Shown: positions 16,580 to 22,982 of the stretch, one piece after another
Numbering within the stretch: the stretch's first letter is position 1
How the letters are laid out: every line of letters begins with the position of its first letter
Source: an uncultured Candidatus Saccharibacteria bacterium
GTDB taxonomy: Bacteria > Patescibacteriota > Minisyncoccia > Phycocordibacterales > XYD1-FULL-46-19
Reading direction: 5' to 3'
DNA: 44,158 bases
Assembly (NCBI GenBank): GCA_964446245.1
Contig: CAYUNI010000004.1
Location: 1-44,158, forward strand
Program-made: the position numbers and the translations under genes
The notes under the pieces: generated by a model
Databases searched by the model: none
Seen by the model: the letters and a program-made list of their open reading frames with translations, nothing else
What the model was told of the DNA's origin: nothing

Positions 16580-17830
16580 TTATTTTATCGACAATCGTTT
16601 TATTGCCTCTTCCGGAGAAATAAGTTCTGTTTCTTCGCTTATTCGTTTCTTCCACTCTACACCTCCAGAGGCCAAACTCTTTTCACTGACCACTACTCGA
16701 TAGGGCAAGCCAAACAAATCGGCATCGGCAAATTTTTCTCCCGGAGTAAGATCTCGGTCATCATACAGCACTTCGACACCAGATGCGAGAAGTTGATTAT
16801 AAAGAGAATCAGCCGCTGTCTTCACTTCTCCTGTACCTGCTTTAGACAAAGCAACCAAAGACACCTTAAACGGAGCAATGGCCTCTGGCCAGACTAAGCC
16901 TTTTTTATCAGACAGAACCTCAGCAATAGTCCCCAAAAGCCTAGTCGGACCAATTCCATAACATCCCATAAAGACCGGTCCCAAATTACCAGATTCATCC
17001 TTAAAATTTAAGCCCAAAGGAAGAGAATAACGGGTGCCAAGTTTAAAGATATTACCAACTTCAATTGCTTTTTTCTCCTCCAAATTTTCCGCGCTTAATC
17101 CTAATTGAGTTAAAACTTCCGGCTCATAAACCTCACTATTAACCGCAATTTTTTGCTCTGTAGATAAATGTATTGTATCCTCGCCAGCCTCACTTATGGT
17201 TTGAAATTCATGGCTATATTTACTAAAAGAACCACCGCTAGCAAAAGTGCAAAAGGTCAAATCGCCAAGACCAATCCGAGAAAAAATTCGCGAGTAAACC
17301 GCCATCACCTCGTCATAAAAACGATCCAAATCCTCTTGATTACGATGAAAGGAATACAAATCTTTCATTAAAAACTCTCGGCCGCGCATAACCCCGCTTT
17401 TGGCTCGTTCTTCATTGCGAAATTTAGTCTGGATCTGATAAATCGCCAAAGGTAAATCCCGATAAGATTCGAGATGATTTTTTAATAGATTCGTAATTGG
17501 CTCCTCATGAGTCCAGCCCAAAGTAAGCTCTCCACCAACTTTAAGCTCGGTTCTAAAAGCGACATCCGCCTCATAGCGTCCAGTCGCCTTCCAAATCTCC
17601 GGATTTTGTAAGGCGGTTAATTGCAATTCTTGCGCCCCGAGACTATCCATTTCCTCACGAATTATTTTATTAATCTTTTCCAAAACCCTAAGACCAAGAG
17701 GTAAAAGAGAATATACTCCGGCCATTTCTTTGTGCACAAAACCAGCCCGAATGAGCAATTTAGCATTCTGGGCAACCTCATCTCGCGGATCGTCCCGCCG
17801 AGTCTTGGTAAATAAAGAAGATTGACGCAT
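16580..17830 (-). CDS. proS: Proline--tRNA ligase, short form without an INS editing domain
   Basis: ProRS N-terminus (LLIRAGFVHKEMAGVYSLLPLGLRV), motif 2 (FRNEERAKSGVMRGREFLMKDLYSFH) and motif 3 (GCYGIGPTR). Only ~130 aa lie between motifs 2 and 3, and the total length is 416 aa. Confidence 0.85.
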   Translation of the reverse strand: MRQSSLFTKTRRDDPRDEVAQNAKLLIRAGFVHKEMAGVYSLLPLGLRVLEKINKIIREEMDSLGAQELQLTALQNPEIWKATGRYEADVAFRTELKVGGELTLGWTHEEPITNLLKNHLESYRDLPLAIYQIQTKFRNEERAKSGVMRGREFLMKDLYSFHRNQEDLDRFYDEVMAVYSRIFSRIGLGDLTFCTFASGGSFSKYSHEFQTISEAGEDTIHLSTEQKIAVNSEVYEPEVLTQLGLSAENLEEKKAIEVGNIFKLGTRYSLPLGLNFKDESGNLGPVFMGCYGIGPTRLLGTIAEVLSDKKGLVWPEAIAPFKVSLVALSKAGTGEVKTAADSLYNQLLASGVEVLYDDRDLTPGEKFADADLFGLPYRVVVSEKSLASGGVEWKKRISEETELISPEEAIKRLSIK

Positions 17831-17866
17831 ATGCCCCTATACTAGCCTAAAGAAGAAGCCAGGGCA

Positions 17867-17907
17867 AGATAACCCCTATTTTTGCGAAGCAAAAATAGGG
17901 GTTATCT
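17867..17907. other. Perfect 19-bp stem-loop with a GCGAAGC-type triloop between the islet and proS
   Basis: agataacccctatttttgc-gaa-gcaaaaataggggttatct. Both arms are exact complements. Confidence 0.9.
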
Positions 17908-17937
17908 CCAAATTACTAACTAGCCAGTCTACTAACT

Positions 17938-17967
17938 TGCTCCGATGGATATATAAAGTTCGAAACC
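17938..17967. repeat. Islet repeat copy R1
   Basis: TGCTCCGATGGATATATAAAGTTCGAAACC. It runs into the TAG stop (17967-17969) of the NDT-like gene, overlapping its last base. Confidence 0.8.
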
Positions 17968-18356
17968 TAGGCCTGGGCAGATAAGGGTTTAATAATATCT
18001 TCGATATTCTCGTATTCAATAATTTTATCAGCCACTCCCGTGACTGTGTCTTTGACCGTTGTACCCTTCTTTGTTATCAGAAAGATTTTCTTATTTAAGG
18101 CGTAAGCTATCCCAAGCTCAATAATTCGACCATTGCCTGGCCCATCGTAATCAATCAGTAACCCATCGCATTTTTCAATTTCTTCTTTGGCTCGTCGCAT
18201 TAACTCGTGAGAGTCATTAAAAATTTTCTGATAGTTTTCAATGTCACGAATAAAACAAAAATCTTCGAATCCTGATTGTTTTACCACGGAGCACAACTCT
18301 TCAATTTCTTTTTTATTTTCTCCATTTCTAAACGGTGCAGTAATGTATATTTTCAT
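17967..18356 (-). CDS. Nucleoside 2-deoxyribosyltransferase-like protein
   Basis: 129 aa: MKIYITAPF...CDGLLIDYDGPGNGRIIELGIAYALNKKIFLI. It shows the flavodoxin-like NDT/Rcl pattern with the conserved E in the ExGxA block. Confidence 0.6.
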   Translation of the reverse strand: MKIYITAPFRNGENKKEIEELCSVVKQSGFEDFCFIRDIENYQKIFNDSHELMRRAKEEIEKCDGLLIDYDGPGNGRIIELGIAYALNKKIFLITKKGTTVKDTVTGVADKIIEYENIEDIIKPLSAQA

Positions 18357-18443
18357 AAACTAAATCATACCAAAAATCATTCAGCGGTTCTACGTCCTAC
18401 TCGGGGTACGTCAAAAACACGTTGAAAAAAAAGATAAAAAATG

Positions 18444-18471
18444 TGCTCCGATGGGTAGAGGAAGTTAGAAC
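18444..18471. repeat. Islet repeat copy R2
   Basis: TGCTCCGATGGGTAGAGGAAGTTAGAAC. Confidence 0.85.
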
Positions 18472-18480
18472 TCTTATATA

Positions 18481-18526
18481 AAAAGAAAACCGCCCGACAG
18501 AACCGAACGGTCTCTGTGGGCGGGTC
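18481..18526 (-). terminator. Intrinsic terminator of the 49-aa ORF
   Basis: In minus sense, GACCCGCCCACAGAGACCG-TT-CGGTTCTGTCGGGCGG forms a long imperfect stem. It is followed by TTTTCTTTTT. Confidence 0.75.
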
Positions 18527-18538
18527 ATATCTTATTGG

Positions 18539-18688
18539 TCAGGTCAACAAGAGCACGTGGACGAGTTGGAGTATTATCGTCCCAACAATTGCAACCACGA
18601 AGGAAACAAGGTATTTCCTTTTGCCTTGAAGCCAGGCTACCAACAAAATCAACACCAGCAGTAATATTACCAATAAAGGTATCGGCAT
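18539..18688 (-). CDS. 49-aa hydrophobic two-helix peptide
   Basis: The ORF track starts at TTG 18733. I prefer ATG 18688, which has GGAAGG 7 nt upstream. Sequence is MPIPLLVILLLVLILLVAWLQGKRKYLVSFVVAIVGTIILQLVHVLLLT, i.e. two TM helices separated by a KRK turn. It has its own promoter and terminator. Confidence 0.55.
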   Translation of the reverse strand: MPIPLLVILLLVLILLVAWLQGKRKYLVSFVVAIVGTIILQLVHVLLLT

Positions 18689-18749
18689 GTCTTTACCTTC
18701 CTTTCTCAAGGTTTGGGTCAATCTTCGAAACAAAAATCACTCTACTATC

Positions 18750-18779
18750 ATAATAGCACATCTATACTATTTTTGTCAA
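18750..18779 (-). promoter_or_regulatory. Sigma70-type promoter of the 49-aa ORF
   Basis: In minus sense, TTGACA, an 18-nt spacer, then TGcTATTAT (extended -10). The -35 hexamer lies 4 nt from repeat R3. Confidence 0.6.
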
Positions 18780-18782
18780 TAC

Positions 18783-18812
18783 TTGCTCCGATGGGTAGAG
18801 AAAGTTAGAACC
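18783..18812. repeat. Islet repeat copy R3
   Basis: TTGCTCCGATGGGTAGAGAAAGTTAGAACC. Confidence 0.85.
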
Positions 18813-18822
18813 GTTTTTATGT

Positions 18823-18855
18823 AAAAAAAGAAAACCGCCCTCCAACGGTTTTCTG
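18823..18855 (-). terminator. Intrinsic terminator of the 148-aa ORF
   Basis: In minus sense, AAAACCG-TTGGAGGG-CGGTTTT followed by CTTTTTTT. Confidence 0.7.
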
Positions 18856-18885
18856 TCCGTCCTTGAGCGGTTGTTTGCGAGTTCG

Positions 18886-19332
18886 CTATTCGGCATGGAC
18901 CTTGGAAGGCTCGCGTCCTCCTACGTCAAACCGAATGGAGTTCTTCCCCGAGGAGCGAACATGGATAACGGCTGATCCTTTGCTCGTTGGGCTGAATTGG
19001 TGGCGATGCTTCTCGCGAAAAGAGCAGTTAATCTCCGCCACACCCTTACGGCTATTGCTGTTGTAGGTCAGGATTATGGGTCTCTCGGTCGTCCCCGCAC
19101 CAGCAGTCCCCAGTTCCGCCCATCCGGCCAATAGGAACGTCACATTGCTCTCGATGGTTACGGAACTGATTCGGCACTCCAACTTCTTGCCCCCGACCTT
19201 TGGCTGTTCGTCTCCCTCTTCTTCGACCATGAACGTGACCTGTCGTCTCTCGGCATAGTCATACAGACAGAGAAGAACATCTATTCTTGGGGGGCCATTT
19301 ACAACGTGGAAAACTCTCGTAGCGGTAGCCAT
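18886..19332 (-). CDS. Hypothetical 148-aa protein (orphan, GC-rich)
   Basis: ATG 19332 has AAAGGAG 8 nt upstream. No recognisable motif. Composition is visibly more GC-rich than the flanking genes. Confidence 0.6.
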   Translation of the reverse strand: MATATRVFHVVNGPPRIDVLLCLYDYAERRQVTFMVEEEGDEQPKVGGKKLECRISSVTIESNVTFLLAGWAELGTAGAGTTERPIILTYNSNSRKGVAEINCSFREKHRHQFSPTSKGSAVIHVRSSGKNSIRFDVGGREPSKVHAE

Positions 19333-19439
19333 ACGGCAAACTCCTTTACAATTTTGCTCCTAAGTCGGTGTAGGAAGCGAACACCTTGTCTGCATAACGC
19401 AAACATGCCCAGTTCATACGAAAAGAGCATCTATTTCTG

Positions 19440-19467
19440 ATTATAGCACTTATCAAAAAAAAGTCAA
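19440..19467 (-). promoter_or_regulatory. Sigma70-type promoter of the 148-aa ORF
   Basis: In minus sense, TTGACT, a 16-nt spacer, then TGcTATAAT (extended -10). The -35 hexamer lies 4 nt from repeat R4. This predicts a ~100-nt 5' UTR. Confidence 0.6.
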
Positions 19468-19471
19468 TGTC

Positions 19472-19501
19472 TGCTCCGATGGGTAGAGAAAGTTCGGGAC
19501 C
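19472..19501. repeat. Islet repeat copy R4
   Basis: TGCTCCGATGGGTAGAGAAAGTTCGGGACC, 14 nt after the rseP stop codon. Confidence 0.85.
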
Positions 19502-19515
19502 GCTATTATCTCCCC

Positions 19516-20628
19516 CTACCACAATTTTTTGACATCAAAATAGGTGACGATAACCATCAACAAAATCAAGGCCAAAAAACCTGCCAAATTAAGCCAACCT
19601 GCCAATCGTGGGTTAATTTTTTTATTAGAAACACTTTCAGCTATCAAAAATAGCAAACGACCGCCATCGAGAGCTGGGATCGGGATTAGGTTCATTACCG
19701 CCAAATTAACCGAGATTATCGCTACAAACAAAAGAAGATAAGGTAAGCCCATAGCCGCCGCTCCACCAACCAAGCCGACCAAGCCGACCGGCCCCGACAC
19801 ACCTTCCACTAAAGTATGATCAGCAAAAAGCCTTGAAATTAAAATCCTCAGTCCATCAAAAGTATCCGTAGTAATTTTCAAGGTTAAACGAAAAGACTCT
19901 AAAGGAGCGGCGACAATCGGTAATTTTACAAAACTGACCATCTCTAAAGAAAGACCGACTTGCGGTTTGGTTTGATTATCAATCTTTTTGGGGCTCAAAG
20001 AATAATTTTTTAAATCTCCAGCTTTTGTTTTTATTGCCAGATTGATTTTAGAATTTGGCGATTCTTGAACAAATTCTCCCACCTGGCTGGCCTTTTTAGG
20101 AATCAATTTACGATCAGAACGACTCAAACTGATTATCTCGTCTCCCGGCTTAATCCCCGCCAAAAAAGCCGGAGAGCCATTAGAGACATTTGTCACCAAA
20201 AGTCTAGGCGCGGAAATCTGATCAATTTTAAAACCGGGATTTTCACTGCTAACCGGCAGGCCAATTATCAAACCAATCGCCAACAAAGCCCAAGCAAATA
20301 ACCAATTAAAGAAAACTCCCGCAAACAAAACTTTAAATTGAGACAAGCGTGGCAAGTTATTAAGCAGACGATTAGTGGGAATATTTGTCGCCTCTTCTTC
20401 AAAAGGATTTTCACCAGCAATTTTAACGAACCCACCAAAAGGAATCAAATTAAAAGAATAGATAGTTTCTCCGTGACGATAACGAAACAGGCGTGGAGGA
20501 AAACCAAGACCAAATTCCTCTACCACAGCACCAGCTTTTTTAGCCGCCCAAAAATGGCCCAACTCATGAACCAAAATCAAGACTTCTAAAACAACCAGAA
20601 ACAATAAAATGCTTAAGAAAGTAGTCAT
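19516..20628 (-). CDS. rseP: RIP (site-2) zinc metalloprotease RseP
   Basis: HELGH zinc motif near the N-terminus (LVHELGHFWAAK), a central PDZ-like segment, a polytopic membrane profile and a C-terminal NLIPIPALDGG block. Confidence 0.85.
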   Translation of the reverse strand: MTTFLSILLFLVVLEVLILVHELGHFWAAKKAGAVVEEFGLGFPPRLFRYRHGETIYSFNLIPFGGFVKIAGENPFEEEATNIPTNRLLNNLPRLSQFKVLFAGVFFNWLFAWALLAIGLIIGLPVSSENPGFKIDQISAPRLLVTNVSNGSPAFLAGIKPGDEIISLSRSDRKLIPKKASQVGEFVQESPNSKINLAIKTKAGDLKNYSLSPKKIDNQTKPQVGLSLEMVSFVKLPIVAAPLESFRLTLKITTDTFDGLRILISRLFADHTLVEGVSGPVGLVGLVGGAAAMGLPYLLLFVAIISVNLAVMNLIPIPALDGGRLLFLIAESVSNKKINPRLAGWLNLAGFLALILLMVIVTYFDVKKLW

Positions 20629-20631
20629 AGT

Positions 20632-21183
20632 TTAGGCGCTAATTTCCCCATTCTTTTTATTGGCCATCTCTTCAAAACGCTTATTAGCCTCATCTATAAT
20701 TTTTTGCAATTCATCTCGACTGCGAAATTTATCATCCTCACTTAACTCACCGGATTTTTCTTTGGCTTGCAAATCTGAAATTATTTTTTCTCGCTCTTTA
20801 CGCAAAGAGACCCGAGCATCTTCAAGCTTTTCTCCAACCAAACGACTTAACATTTTTCTTCGTTCATCGGTAAGCATGGGAAAAATTACCCTAATACCAC
20901 TTGAATCAGGGGATACCGAAACTCCTAGATTAGATTGGGTAATAGCAGACTCAATTGCTCGAGCTTGAGACTGATCCCACGGTGTCACTTTCAAAGTTTT
21001 TGCGTCCTCAATATTGATTGCGGCTAAGTGTTTAATCGGTTGTCTACTTCCATAAGACTCCACCAATACCGTATCAAGAAATTGAGGCGACGCCTTGCCA
21101 GTACGAATACTAAAATACTCCCCTGTTAACCAGGTTTCGATATCAGCAACCTTCTTTTTGAAATCACTAAAATTATAAGCCAT
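20632..21183 (-). CDS. frr: Ribosome recycling factor
   Basis: 183 aa with typical RRF blocks (RTGKASPQFLD, IRVIFPMLTDERRK, LRKEREK). Confidence 0.9.
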   Translation of the reverse strand: MAYNFSDFKKKVADIETWLTGEYFSIRTGKASPQFLDTVLVESYGSRQPIKHLAAINIEDAKTLKVTPWDQSQARAIESAITQSNLGVSVSPDSSGIRVIFPMLTDERRKMLSRLVGEKLEDARVSLRKEREKIISDLQAKEKSGELSEDDKFRSRDELQKIIDEANKRFEEMANKKNGEISA

Positions 21184-21204
21184 AAAAATAGTTTAAATAA
21201 ATTG

Positions 21205-21927
21205 TTAATCTTTGCTCTTTTTTTCGGGAACACCGTCTAGAACCGGAAGGGTGAGGGCTAAATATTCCCACAACAATTTCGGAGAAGCGGTAGGCCAATC
21301 AAGCCAAGTTCGAACCTGATTGATTGGCACAAAACTCGTCTTTAGCTTAGCAAAATTAGCTGGAATTGCAATTTGTTCAACCAAACTTATTTCTAACTGA
21401 TTTAAAAAAGTCGCCAAAGATGATCGACTAAAGACCTCATCTGCACCCAACCATTGCTTCGCCCAAGCTAAGCGTTTTGCAGGCAAACTACACCAGAAAT
21501 CAGCTCCCATTCCGGACTGAGCATGACGAAAATCGTAATTCAAAAAACGCGAACGAATCGTAGGTAATAATTGGTCTGGGTTGTCAGTAATAAGACAAAA
21601 GATACTATCCTCTGCTGGTTCTTCAAAAGTTTTTAGTAAAATATTTTGTGCTTCTATTCCCAGCCACCCAACATTCAAAACAAAAATATTCCCCAAGCCA
21701 GACAATGATTTTTGACTACTTCGCGCTTTCAACAGACGGGCGCCATCGGCTGACAATTGGTCAGTAGTCATATAAACCAAATCTGGATGGTTCAAAGGAT
21801 TTTCTGTTGACCAAAAAATTTTTAAACTAGAAAAAAGATTTTTAATTAGAACCTCTCGTTCGCCCGCAAATAAAAAAGCATGATGATTGCGAGTTTCTAA
21901 AAGATGGTTAAAAAAATCAATAGTCAT
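21205..21927 (-). CDS. holB: DNA polymerase III delta-prime subunit-like clamp-loader protein
   Basis: HAFLFAGE (degenerate P-loop region) and LLKTFEEP...LLPTIRSRF sensor blocks typical of delta-prime. Confidence 0.65.
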   Translation of the reverse strand: MTIDFFNHLLETRNHHAFLFAGEREVLIKNLFSSLKIFWSTENPLNHPDLVYMTTDQLSADGARLLKARSSQKSLSGLGNIFVLNVGWLGIEAQNILLKTFEEPAEDSIFCLITDNPDQLLPTIRSRFLNYDFRHAQSGMGADFWCSLPAKRLAWAKQWLGADEVFSRSSLATFLNQLEISLVEQIAIPANFAKLKTSFVPINQVRTWLDWPTASPKLLWEYLALTLPVLDGVPEKKSKD

Positions 21928-21953
21928 TAAAAATTAATTAGACGACCAGCAAA

Positions 21954-22967
21954 CTAATGTTTGGCGATAATACTCTTTTTATAAGTATCCAAATGATTTA
22001 ATGCCACTCCAGTCCCCTTAGCCACACAATATAAAGCCTCATCAGCCAAATAAGCTCGAACACCAGTCCGACGATAAATCAGTTCTGGCAAATTTCGTAA
22101 TTGAGATGTGCCGCCAGTCATTGTAATCCCCCGATCTATAATATCTGAAGAAAGTTCTGGTGGCGTTTCTTGGAAAACTACTTTAATCGCCTTAACCATT
22201 TCTCGTAGTTCATTATCTATTGCTTTTACAATCTCATTAGTTCTTATCTCTGCCGAACGAGGCAAACCGGTCAAAAAATCTCGTCCTTTGATAATAAAAA
22301 CTTCTTCCTCTTCGACCGGTACCGCCGAACCGATATTTATTTTAACCTCTTCCGCTGTTTTATCTCCGATCGCCAAGTTAAAGTTTTTCTTAATATAATC
22401 AGCAATCGCCTGATCAATTTTGTTTCCAGCATACTTAACAGAAGTCGAGGAAACAATTCCCCCCAAAGAAATCACAGCGACATCAGTCGTCCCACCACCA
22501 ATATCGACAATCATGTGCCCTCGAGCTTCGTGAATTGGTATCCCCGCACCGATCGCCGCTAAAATCGGCTCTTTCACCACATAAGCATTTTTAGCCCCCG
22601 CTTTCATTGCCGCCTCGATTACCGCTCGACGCTCGGTCGAAGTCACTCCCGCCGGAACGGAAACCATCACATCAGGTTTCAATAAATTGAATTTACCAAG
22701 AGCTTTGTTGATATAATAACGCAACATTGCTTCCGTCACTCGATAGTCAGCGATTACCCCATCTTTCATTGGTTTATAGGCAACAATAGTATCCGGAGTT
22801 TTGCCAACCATCTCTTTCGCCTCCGAACCGACCGCTACCACCTTATTATCCAAAAGAGAAACCGCTACTACCGATGGTTCATTCAAAACAATTCCCCGCC
22901 CAGGAACAAAAACCAAAGTGTTAGCTGTGCCTAAATCGATTCCTAGTTTTTTAACAAAAAAAGACAT
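21954..22967 (-). CDS. mreB: Second MreB/Mbl-family actin homologue
   Basis: GIDLGTANTLVF, DIGGGTTDVAVISLGG and MTGGTS motifs. 337 aa, paralogous to 15517-16572. Confidence 0.85.
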   Translation of the reverse strand: MSFFVKKLGIDLGTANTLVFVPGRGIVLNEPSVVAVSLLDNKVVAVGSEAKEMVGKTPDTIVAYKPMKDGVIADYRVTEAMLRYYINKALGKFNLLKPDVMVSVPAGVTSTERRAVIEAAMKAGAKNAYVVKEPILAAIGAGIPIHEARGHMIVDIGGGTTDVAVISLGGIVSSTSVKYAGNKIDQAIADYIKKNFNLAIGDKTAEEVKINIGSAVPVEEEEVFIIKGRDFLTGLPRSAEIRTNEIVKAIDNELREMVKAIKVVFQETPPELSSDIIDRGITMTGGTSQLRNLPELIYRRTGVRAYLADEALYCVAKGTGVALNHLDTYKKSIIAKH

Positions 22968-22982
22968 ATTTTATAAAGTTTT

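Noticed and set aside
18863-19258. Plus-strand ORFs 18863-19066 and 19076-19258
   Set aside because: They are antisense to the 148-aa GC-rich ORF, which has the promoter, SD and terminator. GC-rich segments keep spurious frames open.
17938-19501. CRISPR array formed by the ~29-nt direct repeats
   Set aside because: The spacings are about 340-690 nt, and each interval contains a promoter, a coding gene and a terminator. The repeat copies differ at several positions, and no cas genes are present.
17938-19501. Integron attC sites or Xer/dif-type module boundaries
   Set aside because: The repeat lacks the RYYYAAC/GTTRRRY inverse-core/core pair and any internal dyad symmetry. Its two 11-nt halves are not reverse-complementary, as XerC/D arms would be. 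No intI or xer gene is nearby. I keep it only as an analogy in the finding.
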